DNA of 64,000 nt. Source: Eledone cirrhosa. Taxonomy: Eukaryota. Within the stretch, counting starts at the first letter, position 1. The number at the start of each line of letters is the position of its first letter. Position numbers and translations under genes: made by a program. The stretch spans positions 1 to 64,000 of the forward strand of contig CAXHJY010001088.1 of assembly GCA_964016885.1 (NCBI GenBank), read 5' to 3'. Below, piece after piece: positions 1 to 14,739 of the stretch. Below the pieces are notes generated by a model. That model worked only from the letters and a program-made list of their open reading frames with translations, made no database searches and had not been told where the DNA came from.

Positions 1-1365
<1,365 letters not shown>

Positions 1366-1366
<1 letters not shown>

Positions 1367-4300
1367 TCTTGGGTATGACATTAAACTACATCCAGTGGCA
1401 AGGCTCCAGTTCGGGAGTTCAGGAGATGTGGGGAATATGGAGTTACCCCTTAGTTGTCATGACTCCCAGGTCTGCCCTGGCCCGGGGTGGTAGTACCTGT
1501 TAGGGCTCCATTTATGGGTTAAATAACTACCTTATTCGAGTGGCGCCGGTAAGGTATTGTCAGCCATTGAAAAGAAATATGGAGAGTCGATCTAACAGCA
1601 CTAGGGTTAGAGCCCCTAATTACACTGTCAAGGAGCAGCCTGGTCGTTATGACTCTGCTGGCTTAGAGCCACAGAGAGGGCCAGTGGATGATGGATCAGC
1701 TGTCTCTGAGACAAATATAAAGAATGTAGTTTTGTCCTGCAGAAGAGCCATCAAAATGGGCACTTTGAATGTGAGGACTATTCGAACGCTGGAGAAGAGA
1801 GAGGAGTTGGGACATCTGTTCGAGGAGAGTGGTATACAGATACTTGCGATCCAAGAACACAGGATTCTACACGATGAGCCCGTGAGGAGTGTGATGATCG
1901 GGAGGAAGAGCCAGCTCATCACTACATCGGCAGTGAAGAACACAACAAATGCTGCAGTAGGAGGAGTGGGTTTTGTGTTCAGTGCAAAAACCAATCTGTT
2001 GGTGAGGGAAATAATGCCTATCTCCCAGCGAGTGTTGAGGGTGACCTTCAATGGAAACCCAAGACTGACAGTCATCTCAGCCTATAGTCCAACCGAGGGG
2101 GACAGTGATGTGAATGCCGAGGAGTTCCATGAGGAAGTGTGTAGAGCTGTCAACACCACTCAGGCACACAATATCCTGCTTGTTTTGGGGGACTTCAATG
2201 CACATCTGAGTAAGGAGGGCAGTGAAGATCCTTGCTGGTACTTCCATAACAACACCAACCGAAATGGAAGACTACTGAGAGACACCCTGCTGGAGGCGAA
2301 CTTGATGGCGACCAACCTAAGGTTTAGGAAGAATCTGGGGAAGATGTGGACCTACATCTCAGATGTGCACCTGTCCAAGTCCCAGATTGATTTCATTCTG
2401 GTGAGGAAAAAGTGGCGGAATAGTGTTCTGAACACGGAACCATACAGCTATTTCAGTACACTGGGTAGTGACCACCGGCTTGTTATGAGTGAGGTCCGCG
2501 TGAGCTTAAGAAAGAGCAAGGCTCAGCCCCGGAGAACAATCTATGACTGGGGAGCTTTCAAGGAAGATGATAAGCTACAGGAGAGGTTCACAGTGGAAGT
2601 GAGAAACAGGTTTAGTGCTCTGTGTGGAGAGTCAGAGGAGAGAGAGATTGGATGGACTGAGGAGAGTGTGACGAGGAGGTACGGGCACTTCACCAATGCA
2701 GTGGCGAAAGCAAGTGAAACCCTGGTGCCGAGGAAAAAGAACAAAGGGAAGCACGTCAGCTCTGCAGACCCAAAAGTGTGTGCAGCCAGAGAACACCTGA
2801 AAGCTGCCAGGGACCAATTCTATGCTGATCCTACGGAGGAGAGGATGGAGACTGTGGAGGTGATGAGGGAAGAGCTCTGTACCGCTTACACTGAGGTCAG
2901 AGAGGAGGCACTGATAGAGAAGATCAGAAGTGTGGAGAGAGCGGTTGACAGATCTGGATGTAAGGAGAGCTGGATGATCATCAACGAGATCACAGGGAGG
3001 AAGAAAAGGTGTTCGAGTCAGATCCAGGGAACGGGGCCCGAGGATAGGAAGAGGAAATGGCTAGACCATTTTAGGACCCTACTAGGAGAGCCACCCTCCA
3101 CAGCCCAGAGCACTGGGGAGATCAGGCGGCTGTTTGAGGAACTGGATGTTGAGACAGAGCCCTTCACCAGAGAGGAGCTTCAGAGAGCCAAGAAGAAGAT
3201 CAAGGAGGGCAAGGCTCATGGAGAAGATGGAGTAGCATCAGAGGTGATGAAGTGGTGTGATTTTGATGATATCATCCTGGGGTTCTGTAACGGGGCACTG
3301 GAGAAGGGAGTTGCCCCGAATCAGTGGAGGATCAGTAACATCGTCCCAGTGCCAAAGAAGGGAGATCTCTCTAACACCAACAACTACCGGGGGATCTCAC
3401 TGACGTCACTTGTGGCAAAGACCCTCAACAGGATGATTCTTAACAGGATCCAGCCTGAGATGGAGAAGAAGCTCAGGGACAACCAGAACGGCTTCAGAGA
3501 GGGTAGATCAACCACCAGTCACATCCTGATGCTGAGGAGGATATTAGAGGGAGCTAGAGCAAAGTGCCTTCCTGCGGTCATGGTTTTCATTGACTTTAGG
3601 AAGGCCTTTGATTCTGTGGACCGTTACTGCCTGATGAAGATCTTACAGGCTTATGGAATCCCCAAGAGGATAGTGGACCTGATATCACTGCTCTACACCA
3701 ACACCAAAGCCCAAGTCATTACACCTGATGGGATGACAGAGTTCTTTGAGATACTGGCTGGAGTGCTCCAGGGAGATACATTGGCTCCCTACCTTTTTAT
3801 CATCGTAGTGGACTATTGTATGCGCCTTGCACTGGAGAAACACCAGGACTCTGGCTTTACTGTAGCACCGGCTCAGAGCAGGAGAGTTGGGGCGAAAAAG
3901 GTATCGGATGCTGAATTTGCCGACGACATAGTTTTGGTGACAAATACAGTGAAGGAGGCAGAGGATTTGATGCGGGAGGTTGAGACTGTGTCGATGAGTG
4001 TGGGGCTGAGAATGAATGAGACTAAAACAAAATATCTGGTAGAGAATGTTGAGAAGCCAGAGGGGATCACTAATGTAGGCGGGAAGCCGCTGGAATTGGT
4101 TGAGGACTTCCTGTATTTGGGAGCAAAGATTGGGAATACGGAAGATGATGTGGTTGAGAGGAAGAGCAAGGCCTGGGCAGCGTGCCACAGCTTGAGATCG
4201 GTGTGGAAGTCGGACCTTCGTAGAGACCTGAAAGTCCGCCTCTTCATTGCTGTAGTGGAGTCTGTGCTGCTGTATGGGTCTGAGACTTGGACACTGACCA

Positions 4301-4690
4301 AGAGACTCACTCAGATGGTGGATGGGTGCTACACGAGAATGCTGAGGATGGCTCTGAACATTAATCAGTATACACTGAGGATGAAAAACTCAGAGCTGTA
4401 TGGGAGCCTCCCAAAAGTCAGCTCAAAAGTGACACAGAGGAGACTGAGGTTGGCTGGACATGCTCACCGACATCCAGAGTTGACATTGCACTCCGTGCTC
4501 CTTTGGGAGCCCCTACATGGACACACTGGAAGAGGAAGACCAAGGTTAACATATGTTGATGCCCTAAGGACAGACACTGGTCTGTTGGAGACGCAGGACA
4601 TGGCAGCGATAATGAGGGACAGAGACCGCTGGAGAGAACTCGTCCATGGATCTCGGGAATTTTACCCGCCTTAGATAGATAGATAGATAT
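1366..4690 (+). mobile_element. Apparently full-length RTE-clade LINE (5' leader, single ORF, (TAGA)n tail)
   Basis: About 170-210 nt non-repetitive leader, intact APE+RT ORF, stop followed at once by (TAGA)n; TA arrays on both sides. Confidence 0.9.
1540..4674 (+). CDS. RTE-type APE endonuclease-reverse transcriptase (first ATG at 1579)
   Basis: APE motifs [24 protein letters not shown]; RT motifs [32 protein letters not shown]; C-terminal LLYGSETW and GRPR. Confidence 0.93.
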   Translation: MAPVRYCQPLKRNMESRSNSTRVRAPNYTVKEQPGRYDSAGLEPQRGPVDDGSAVSETNIKNVVLSCRRAIKMGTLNVRTIRTLEKREELGHLFEESGIQILAIQEHRILHDEPVRSVMIGRKSQLITTSAVKNTTNAAVGGVGFVFSAKTNLLVREIMPISQRVLRVTFNGNPRLTVISAYSPTEGDSDVNAEEFHEEVCRAVNTTQAHNILLVLGDFNAHLSKEGSEDPCWYFHNNTNRNGRLLRDTLLEANLMATNLRFRKNLGKMWTYISDVHLSKSQIDFILVRKKWRNSVLNTEPYSYFSTLGSDHRLVMSEVRVSLRKSKAQPRRTIYDWGAFKEDDKLQERFTVEVRNRFSALCGESEEREIGWTEESVTRRYGHFTNAVAKASETLVPRKKNKGKHVSSADPKVCAAREHLKAARDQFYADPTEERMETVEVMREELCTAYTEVREEALIEKIRSVERAVDRSGCKESWMIINEITGRKKRCSSQIQGTGPEDRKRKWLDHFRTLLGEPPSTAQSTGEIRRLFEELDVETEPFTREELQRAKKKIKEGKAHGEDGVASEVMKWCDFDDIILGFCNGALEKGVAPNQWRISNIVPVPKKGDLSNTNNYRGISLTSLVAKTLNRMILNRIQPEMEKKLRDNQNGFREGRSTTSHILMLRRILEGARAKCLPAVMVFIDFRKAFDSVDRYCLMKILQAYGIPKRIVDLISLLYTNTKAQVITPDGMTEFFEILAGVLQGDTLAPYLFIIVVDYCMRLALEKHQDSGFTVAPAQSRRVGAKKVSDAEFADDIVLVTNTVKEAEDLMREVETVSMSVGLRMNETKTKYLVENVEKPEGITNVGGKPLELVEDFLYLGAKIGNTEDDVVERKSKAWAACHSLRSVWKSDLRRDLKVRLFIAVVESVLLYGSETWTLTKRLTQMVDGCYTRMLRMALNINQYTLRMKNSELYGSLPKVSSKVTQRRLRLAGHAHRHPELTLHSVLLWEPLHGHTGRGRPRLTYVDALRTDTGLLETQDMAAIMRDRDRWRELVHGSREFYPP

Positions 4691-4707
4691 ATATATGTAT
4701 ATATATG

Positions 4708-4765
<58 letters not shown>

Positions 4766-4777
4766 TGTATATATATG

Positions 4778-4811
<34 letters not shown>

Positions 4812-5015
4812 TGTATATTTATATATATATATGTATATTTATATATATATATGTATATATATATGTATATTTATATATATATATGTATATATATATGTAT
4901 ATATGTATATTTATATATATATATGTATATATATATGTATATATATATATATGTATATTTATATATATATATATGTATATATATATGTATATTTATATAT
5001 ATATATATGTATATT

Positions 5016-5090
<75 letters not shown>

Positions 5091-5133
5091 GTATATAAGT
5101 ATATATATATATAAGTATATGTATATATATATG

Positions 5134-5168
<35 letters not shown>

Positions 5169-5211
5169 GTATATAAGTATATATATATATAAGTATATGT
5201 ATATATATATG

Positions 5212-5246
<35 letters not shown>

Positions 5247-5301
5247 GTATATAAGTATATATATATATAAGTATATGTATATATATATGTATATATATAC
5301 A
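4691..5301. repeat. (TA)n array with TATG/TATT variants and a higher-order repeat containing TAAG
   Basis: Directly visible. Confidence 0.97.
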
Positions 5302-5302
5302 T

Positions 5303-5418
5303 GGAGGCACATGGCTTAGTGGTTTGAGCATTGGCCTTGCAATCGAAAGGTTGTGAGTTCAATTCTTTATTTCACGTTGCTCCAGTTTACTCAGCTGTAG
5401 AAATGAGATGATAGGGAT
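5303..5418 (+). mobile_element. CORE-type tRNA-derived SINE, 5' part, internally deleted and 3'-truncated
   Basis: Matches copies at 50042 and 55615; A box tggcttagtgg, B box gagttcaattc. Confidence 0.85.
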
Positions 5419-8171
5419 TGCCCTTTTCCTGCATGATTCCTTTACGGCAGATGGCAACACAACATTCTCTGATGGATACTGTGAATCAGTCACTGTGCAG
5501 AATAAAGCCAATGACCTGACAGTAGTTGGGCTCTATAGGCCACCACAAATACCCATAATCTGCTTCAAAGAATGCCTCAACAGTATTAAATGCTTTATTA
5601 AACAGTGCCATTCTAGCAACATACTTTTGATGGGAGACTTTAATCTATCCTGTGTCGATTGGTCTACATGTAGTTTGAAACCAGGTTCCACAGCCTCAAC
5701 CACTGACAAAGAGGCTGTCGAGTCACTTCTTGACTTCATGAATGAGTTTTTCTTGTCACAACTTGTCCTTGCACCAACGAGGCATCAGAAGAACATTCTG
5801 GATCTAGTGTTTAGTAACCACACTAACACTATACATAATATTACAGTGGAAAAAACCCTTCTCTCAGACCATGACATGGTTCTTTGTAACCTGAGATTCC
5901 ACCAGCCGAAAGCTAATCCCAGGGTCCTCTCTCCAGCCCACCCATTTGATAACATGGATCACTACAATGCCAACTGGGATGCAATTATGAACAAACTATC
6001 ACATGTCGACTGGTCTTTTACATACGCACACACTTCCACCAACATCAAAACATCTTGGCAGATCTTTGTAGATACTGTCACAAATATATGTACAAAACAC
6101 ACCCCACCAAAACCTGTAAAAAAAACCAAGTGCAGTATCCCCCAAAACAGAAAAACAATCATCAGAAAAATAAAAAGAACAAACAAAAAAATTAACACAC
6201 TAAAATACTGCCAACAGCAACACACACATTCAATGGCTATCACCCTGCTTAAGTAAAAAAAATATAACCTCCAGCAATGGATGATGACCATCATCAATAA
6301 CCAGAGAATAGCTGAAGAGAGGTGGGCCATTGAGAAAATCAAACTCAACCCCAAAGTGTTCTTCTCATTCGCTAAAAACACAAGGTCACCGTCTCCACTG
6401 TTGGCCCCCTAGTTGATGAAAATGGCACACTCCAGGACAATGCCAAAACCATGGGCGAGATACTGCAGAAACAATACTGCTCTGTTTTCAGCAATCCTGA
6501 TATTAACCCCCAACACACTATATCAAACATAACGTTTGGCGCTCCTGGTGTCTTAGCGGCAATAAACGAAATTATTATTAAACAATTCAGCAGTAGGCTC
6601 CGACAGGTTCCCTGCTTGTGTCCTGAAGGTGTGTCGACACCAACTTGCATCTCCTCTTGCTAATCTGTGGAGGAACTCACTGGACACTGGCTATATCCCT
6701 GAAAACTTTCTGTCCCAGTCTTCAAAAAGGGAAATAAGTCCCTTGCAGTGAACTACCGTCCGATCTCACTCACCTCTCATATTATCAAGGTATTTGAGAG
6801 GGTGGTGAGATCACGAATAACCCTCTTTCTTGAAAGCAACGGCCTGCTGAACTCCAACCAACATGGGTTCCGTAATGGAAGGGACTGCCTAACGCAGCTC
6901 CTGCATCACTTTGACGATGTTTTGAGAGCCTTGGGAGAGGGCTCCAACACTGATGTCATCTACCTTGATTTCAGCAAGGCCTTCGACAGGGTTGATCATA
7001 AGATTCTACTGAAAAAACTATCCAATGTTGGTGTCTCTGGAAGGTTACTACAGTGGATCAAATGTTTCCTGACAGGCAGAACCCAGCATGTTGTAGTCGA
7101 AGGAGTAAAATCAAGCCCTGTCAAAGTCCGCAGTGGCGTCCCACAAGGCACTGTGTTGGGCCCACTCCTTTTCATCATCTACATTAATGACATTACTGAC
7201 ATCATCAAACACAGTAACATCAGAATCTTCGCAGATGATGCCAAGCTCCAAAGGGTCATCAATGAGGTGGGTGACCGGACTTGCCTTCAGTCAGACCTAC
7301 TGGCTGTTATCCAATGGGCAGAGATGAATAATATGCTGTTGAATGAGGATAAATTTGAACTAATCCACTTTGGAAAAAAGGATGCTCTGAAACTACCATA
7401 CTCTCTTCCTTCGGGTGAAACTCTGGTGGCTTCCATCAGAGACCTGGGAGTAATTGTGGACAACAATATAAGCTGGGCCACTCATATAAACAGCAAAGTT
7501 GATATGGCCCGCAGAATGTGTTCCTGGATTCTCAGAACTTTCCAGTCGAGAGATATCCACACTGTTGTCCTTCTCTTCTCTACTTTTGCCTGATCCCACC
7601 TTGAATACTGGTCACCCCACACGAAACAAAGTATCATGAAAGTTGAAGCACCGCAAAGGTCAATTACAAAAAAGATATTGGCATGACAGGCCTTGACTAT
7701 TGGGGTCAATTAGAAAAGCTCAAACTTTATTCTCTTCAACGTCGCCATGAGCGCTACATTATCTGTATGATGTGGAAAATATTCCATCAGCTTAGCCCAA
7801 ATGATGTTGGCATCATCTTTAGTGTACACCCAAGGCTTGGGCGCCGTGCTATCCGCCCAGGACAAAAATCATACTAGCATCACATAACAACAATACGGCA
7901 CAATTATTTCACCTCAATTGGCCCTGCACTCTTTAACATTACACCAAAACACATCAAAGCAGAGACAGACCCCATCAAGTTCAAGAAGTCTTTAGATAAA
8001 TTCCTGCAAGAAATCCCAGATAAGCCTCCTACACCCGGATATGCCTCCGTAAACAATAACTCTCTGCTCGAGTGGGCCATGGTGCCCAAACACTCATTTG
8101 TAAGACTTCGCCAGGTGGAGCTATTAAGTTAGACATGGCCTGGGCCAATACTGGCCGAAACCTATCAAAGT

Positions 8172-8172
<1 letters not shown>
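5419..8172 (+). mobile_element. CR1/L2-group LINE, 5'-truncated, with frameshifts and stops
   Basis: APE (LYRPP, GDFN, LDLVF, SDH) in 5408-6256; RT (NYRPISLTS, YLDFSKAFD, GVPQG, FADD) in 6748-7593; 3' end matches the copy at 50570-51849. Confidence 0.9.
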
Positions 8173-8258
<86 letters not shown>

Positions 8259-8400
8259 TAAAATAACAGATTAAAGTTTAAGGAAAGAATCGCTGCTTTC
8301 ACCCTTAATGGGATCTTAATAAATATTTGCTCTACGGTTCTTATATATTTGATATATATTTATCCTTATCGAGCCCTCTTTGGATTTTAGTCTTCAAATT

Positions 8401-9191
8401 TATTATTATTACTATTATTATTATTGTTCTTTGAGTCTCAGTCATTGATGTTGGTTAACTGGAAAGTTTGTTGAAATGAATATCAAGCTGCTACCTGCAG
8501 CCTCAGATATTCAGGACGTATCGGAGGGTTCTTGCTGTTCCCAGCAAGCATGCCTTTTGAAGTGTTCAAAAAAGCGGGCTGGACTAATCTTCTTTAACCA
8601 TCCCTGAAAACTCCTTGAGATAGTACCTAGTGCGCCTATGACAATCGGGACCACTTTGACTTCATGGCAGTTCCAAATCCTTTTTACCTCCCACTTTAAG
8701 TCCTGGTATCAGTTAATTTTCTCCCTCTCCTTCTCTTGCACTCTCGTGTCGAATGGGCAGGCCACATCCACAATCAGGCACAATCTTTTTTCCTTGTCCA
8801 AAACCACCAGGTCAGGTCTATTGTGTTCCAGTTTCTTGTCCGTCTGTATCCTAAAATCCCACAGCACCTTCACCTGATCGTTTTCTATCACCGACTCTGG
8901 CTTATGCTCATACCACTTCTCAGAATGTGGTAAATTGTTTACTTTGCATAGGTGCCAGTGGATCACCCTGCCCATCACATCATGTCTCCAGCCTTTATAG
9001 TGCGTCTGGGCTAGGTGTTTACACTCGGATACAATGTGAGCCACAGTCTCCTCTCTCTCTCCACAGATCCTGCACAGTGGGCTAGCCTCCTCCTTGTAAA
9101 TATGGTGTTTCAGCCACTTCATTTTGAGGGCCTGCTCTTGCGCAGCGATTAGCATTCCTTCTGTAGACTTTTTAAGGTCTCCTCTTTTCAA
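8401..9191 (-). mobile_element. 3' fragment of an R4/Dong-type LINE with a restriction-like endonuclease
   Basis: CRICGEREETVAHIVSEC zinc knuckle, RHD, NRPDLVV..D..P.D RLE motif; frameshifted continuation VVPIVIGALG; ends at a (TAA)n tract near 8401-8425. Confidence 0.88.
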
Positions 9192-9455
9192 CTTTTCAAA
9201 TACAAGTCGATGTTGTACGGTATGTCAAATCTATTTATCTATAAGACTGTTTATATTGTATTTTGTCTGAGGAAGGCATAGCATATTGTTAATATGATAT
9301 CCCTGAAATATATATAATGAAATAAATATGGTTTTATAAATATAGTTTCCATTTATTTAATATCGTAAATATACTCCAAATACTTGTCGAGTGCTTTTAT
9401 ATCAGTTATAAATATTTACTAGTTGTAACCCAACAATTTAAATATAACTTTCCAT
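9190..9455 (+). mobile_element. Solo Penelope-like terminal repeat (pLTR)
   Basis: Near-identical to 37523-37790, the 3' end of the PLE at 34960. Confidence 0.85.
9259..9325 (+). ncRNA. Type I hammerhead ribozyme candidate (family H1)
   Basis: tattttgt-CTGAGGA-agg..cct-GAAA-tatata-TA-atgaaata. Confidence 0.7.
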
Positions 9456-9826
9456 ATATATATAATATATATATATATATATAATATATATATATATATA
9501 ATATATATATATATATAATATATATATATATATAATCTATATATATATATTATATATATATATAATCTATATATATTATATATATATATATATAATCTAT
9601 ATATATTATATATATATATAATCTATATATATTATATATATATATATAATCTATATATATATATTATATATATATATAATCTATATATATTATATATATA
9701 TATATATAATCTATATATATTATATATATATATAATCTATATATATTATATATATATATATAATCTATATATATTATATATATATATATATAATCTATAT
9801 ATATATATTATATATATAATATATAT
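9454..9826. repeat. (TA)n array with TAATCTA/TATTA variant units
   Basis: Directly visible. Confidence 0.95.
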
Positions 9827-9993
9827 CTTTAAATTGGTTAGACGTAGCTCCTATATATGAATAAGTGGAGTCCTTAGTAATAATTTTACATTTATAGACT
9901 ATGTTATAATATATATATATATAATATATATATATAATATATAATATATATATATATATATTATATATCATATATATATATATTATATATATA

Positions 9994-11255
9994 TATTATA
10001 ACATAGTCTATAAATGTAAAATTAGCACTAAGGACTCCACTTATTCATATATAGGAGCTACGTCTAACCAATTCAAAGTAAGATTTAATACCCACAAACA
10101 TAGTTTTAAAAATGCCGCATTAGCTAATACAACATCCTTGGCTGAAACAATTAATAATTATAGAAAAAAGAATATCGATTACAACCTGACCTGGAGTGTG
10201 CTCAAAAGGGCCACCCCTTATCAAAATAACAGATATGAGTGTAGATTATGCTCCCAGGAACTTTTTGAAATAATGAAATCTAAGGATATCCTATTAAATA
10301 AGCGACAAGAATTAATTATATCTTGCAATGAATTAGAAGAACCTTCAAATATTATAAACCTAATTAATATGCACCTTACACTTATATTTTACATATTATT
10401 ATAATTAATTTCTTTAATTTAGTTAACCTATAATTAGTACTTTACTACAGAGAACTTCATAATTTTATTTCCCTCTTACAGCTCTCTTTTCCTAAAATTA
10501 ATACCTAAAAGTATAAATATGAATTAATTTAATTTCCTGTTATGAATCTAGATTCCTTGTAGTTTATATAAGATTGGTATTTCTCACTACTACCCTTATC
10601 CCAAAATTTTATTTTCCTTCGTTTTTAACAACATTCTTTAATAACATCTAATTCTTATTTATCACATCCATATGAATTAATATAAATTTATCCCTATAAC
10701 TATACCTATCAATTAATTTAATTTCTTGTTATAGATCTAAATTCCTTGTGGTTTAAATAAGATTGGTATTTTTAACTAATACCCTTACCCTAAAATTTTA
10801 CTCTCCTTCGTTTTTAAGATTATTCTTTAATAACATCAAATTTTCGTGTACCCTTCACCGGCTTGACCTCTTTTCATCCCCAAAGTATTCTTTTCATTCA
10901 AAACATAAAAGTCTGCATTCCTCTACCCCTAAATTAAATTTCTACTACTACTATTCTATCAACTTGACCTCTTACTACTTTTCTATTAGTCAATTCAAAA
11001 CCTGTTCCCAAACAGACCTATTATATTAAATCTTTGTTGTTTTTTTTTTAATAAACAAATCTCATCATTTCTGAAGACAGCATATATATGTGAAGGTATG
11101 TATATTTCCTCTGATAGTTTGTAATATTTTTACATAGATCTATATGATATACATACCAACACACATATATATACTAGAAACGATCGTAAAATGATGAATG
11201 TTTTAATATAAGGAACTTGTTCTTGTTTTTATTCATTGTTTTTATTAATTTATAT
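9994..11255 (+). mobile_element. Penelope-like element 3' fragment (GIY-YIG domain, 3' UTR, hammerhead)
   Basis: NIVYKCKISTKDSTYSYIGATSNQFKVRFNTHKHSF...CRLCSQE...LLNKRQEL, homologous to the C-termini of ORFs 22873 and 34960. Confidence 0.85.
11062..11197 (+). ncRNA. Type I hammerhead ribozyme with about 100-nt stem II
   Basis: Stem I tcatcattt/aaatgatga (9 bp), CTGAAGA, GAAA, palindromic stem III ACGATCGT, GTA site at 11186-11188. Confidence 0.85.
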
Positions 11256-11258
11256 CAT

Positions 11259-11600
11259 TTCATCATCATCATTTCATTTTACGTCCGCCTTTTCCCTGCT
11301 TGCAAGGGTGGGACAGGAACTGATTCTGGCTTGATTTCTACAGCTGGATGCCCTTCCTAACACCAACCTCATTTACAGTGAGTGCTGGGTGCTTTTTTGC
11401 CGTGGCACCTCCACGACCACTTTGCAGTGGAATGATATGGACCCCAGTCCCTATCATCTCATTTCTACAGCTGAGTAAACTGGAGCAATGTGAAATAAAG
11501 TGTCTTGCTCAAGGACACAACAAATCACCCGGTCTGAGAATTGAACTCACAACCTTTCAATTGCAAGGCCAATGCTCTAACCACTAAGCCATGTGCCTCC
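11259..11600 (-). mobile_element. CORE-type tRNA-derived SINE, full length
   Basis: tRNA-like head, MIR/CORE-like gtgtccttgagcaagacactt...ctcagctgtagaaatg, RTE-like tail ending in (TGA)n. Confidence 0.9.
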
Positions 11601-11646
11601 ATATATATATGTGTGTGTGTGTGTGTATGTGATTCTCATATCTACA

Positions 11647-11755
11647 TGCTCTGATGTGTTGACCAGTGGTAAACAATGTATTGGAGATGGATCGACGCAA
11701 CCTCAGGCGATTAGCCAACTCTAGACACACCTGATCAACGAAACAATTGTCAGTA
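11647..11755 (+). ncRNA. Type I hammerhead candidate with A9U core change
   Basis: tgct-CTGATGT-gttgaccag..ctgatcaac-GAAA-caattg-TC-agta. Confidence 0.7.
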
Positions 11756-11806
11756 CTTTAAATAAAGCCCCTTATTGTACAGCCAACCATGTTACTCTTC
11801 TTTCTT

Positions 11807-11809
<3 letters not shown>

Positions 11810-11861
<52 letters not shown>

Positions 11862-11927
11862 TGTTATATATATTATATATATATACATATAATATATATA
11901 TATATACATATAATATATATATATATA

Positions 11928-12025
<98 letters not shown>

Positions 12026-12058
12026 TATATATATATATACATATAATATATATATATA

Positions 12059-12098
<40 letters not shown>

Positions 12099-12149
12099 TG
12101 TATATATATATATATATACATACATATAATATATATATATATATATACA

Positions 12150-12197
<48 letters not shown>

Positions 12198-12203
12198 ATA
12201 TAT

Positions 12204-12237
<34 letters not shown>

Positions 12238-12250
12238 CTATATATATACA

Positions 12251-12349
<99 letters not shown>

Positions 12350-12600
12350 CATATAATATATATATATATATACATATAATATATATATATATATATATAA
12401 TATATATATATACATATAATATATATATATACATATAATATATATATATACATATAATATATATATATACATATAATATATATATATACATATAATATAT
12501 ATATATACATATAATATATATATATACATATAATATATATATATAATATATATATAATATATATATATATATAATATATATATATATAATATATATATAT
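11810..12600. repeat. (TA)n array with TACATATAA units
   Basis: Directly visible. Confidence 0.97.
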
Positions 12601-14390
12601 TTAATCGACCAGGTCATGAAGGTCACGGAAAAAGTAATAGCGCAACTAATCAGAGAGAGAATTGACCTAGATGAAATGCAGTTCGGGTTTGTGTCAGGCA
12701 AAAGTACCACAGACGCTCTTTTCATAGTACGACAACTACAGGAGAAGTACCTAGCTAAAGGTAAACCCCTCTACTTAGCTTTTGTCGACTTGGAGAAAGC
12801 CTTCGACAGAGTCGCCCGCTCCATTATCTGGTGGGCTCTTAGAAAACTAGGCGTTGACGAATGGCTTGTGAGGGCTATACAAGCCATGTATAAAGAAACA
12901 GTCAGCAAGGTTAGAATTAACAACGAATATAGTGAAGAGTTTAGCGTAAAAGTTGGCGTCCATCAGGGCTCTGTTCTCAGCCCCCTACTATTTATTATTG
13001 CCCTTCAGGCTATAACAGAGGAGTTCAAGACAGGCTGCCCATGGGAACTCCTGTACGCAGACGACCTGACACTCATAGCGGAATCAATGGCCGAGCTAGA
13101 GAAGAAATTCCAAACATGGAAGCACGGCCTAGAGTCAAAAGGACTTAAAATTAACCTGGCTAAGACCAAAGTTCTAGTTTGTAGGAAAGAAAACAAGGCG
13201 GCGGTCCCTTCTGGGAAATGGTCGTGCTCGGTGTGTAGGAAAGGCGTAGGTAGAAACTCCATTTTATGTCCTAAATGCAAAGTATGGGTGCATAAAAGAT
13301 GTAGTGGGATCACAGGTAAGCTAACTAAGAACATAGATTTTACATGTGGCCGGTGTTCTGGTGCAATAAGTAGCAGCAAGTGCCCACAAAATACTAACTC
13401 TTTCAATTGCGCAGAGGGTTCTATAGAAATAGTGGACAGCTTCCGTTACCTGGGCGATAAAATCAGCAGTGGGGGAGGGTGCTCTGAAAGTACTGTAGCT
13501 AGAGTCAGAACTGGTTGGAAAAAGTTCAGAGAGCTTATACCACTATTAGCTGCTAAAGGGTTCTCCCTAAAAATGAAAGGCAGGTTGTACGATGCCTGCA
13601 TACGAACAGCAATGCTGCATGGCAGTGAGACCTGGGCATTGTGTGCAGAGGATATACGCAGACTAGAGAGGAACGAAGCTTGCATGCTCCGCTGGATGTG
13701 TAACAGTAATATACGTGAACGGCAAAGCATAAACGAACTAAGGAAAAAATTAGAGATAAGAGGGATCAGATGTTGTTTACTCGAGAGAAGGATACGTTGG
13801 TATGGACACGTGATGCGCATGAAAGTCGATAGCTGTATAACAAAGTGCATGGCAATAAAGATAGACGGTAGTCACGGAATAGGCAGACCTAGAAAAACCT
13901 GGGACGAGCTGATAAACTCCGACATCACACACTTACACCTCTCCAAGACAATGTCACTGGACCGAGACCTTTGGCGGTACTCAGTAACAGAGAAGACCCG
14001 CCTTACCTAAATATGTAGTAAAACCTACTCCAGCCAGTAGGCATCTCTAACAAAATACACCCCGTCCCACCCCCACCCCATCCACACCACCCCGTTCTAT
14101 GTAAAGTTATGTTGGTGCCGCGCCATCGAGGCCGAAACAAATGAGATCGTGTAGGTGTCACGACAAAAAAACACACAGTCCACGCTGTAATGTGGCCGTG
14201 TAGGCAACACGGTAAAAACCTCCCAGACCCACACTGTAAATGTGGTTGGTGTTAGGAAGGGCATCCAACTGTAGAAAACCTGCCAGACAGTCCTATGCGA
14301 GCAAGACAATCACTCTTGCCTCAAGTGGGACTACCCCCGTCCAAACCCATGCAAGCGTGGAACACGGACGTTAAACGTTGATGATGATGA

Positions 14391-14394
<4 letters not shown>
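12601..14394 (+). mobile_element. RTE family A LINE, 5'-truncated (ORF 12616-14010 open)
   Basis: [27 protein letters not shown]-like Cys cluster, HGSETW; 3' UTR ending in (GAT)n. Confidence 0.93.
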
Positions 14395-14446
<52 letters not shown>

Positions 14447-14739
14447 GTAGAACACTGGAAGGTAATACCCGTAGTGGTAGAGCACTCAGTCGATGGGACG
14501 AGTTAGGTAGAAGGTGTTACACAACAGTTAGCTCACCATACCGAGAACAATTGTTCCACCTTAGTGGATCCTCACCTCGTAATGGACATCATTATACGGA
14601 ACAAGAAGAACAACCGTACGAACGCGTATGTGCTGAAACGATCACTTCACACAGGCAATACTAAATTCCGTGCGAGAGGTGTAAGGGAGATAACTGCGAA
14701 AGTCCGAAAGTTTCTAGTTGATAAAATTAGGATGTTGTT

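Noticed and set aside
14200-14290. CRISPR-like recurrence of hairpin repeats
   Set aside because: These are dispersed LINE/SINE tails in a eukaryotic context; no regular spacers and no cas genes.
14590-14655. GAAAcgatc motif as a hammerhead
   Set aside because: No upstream core or matching stem I.
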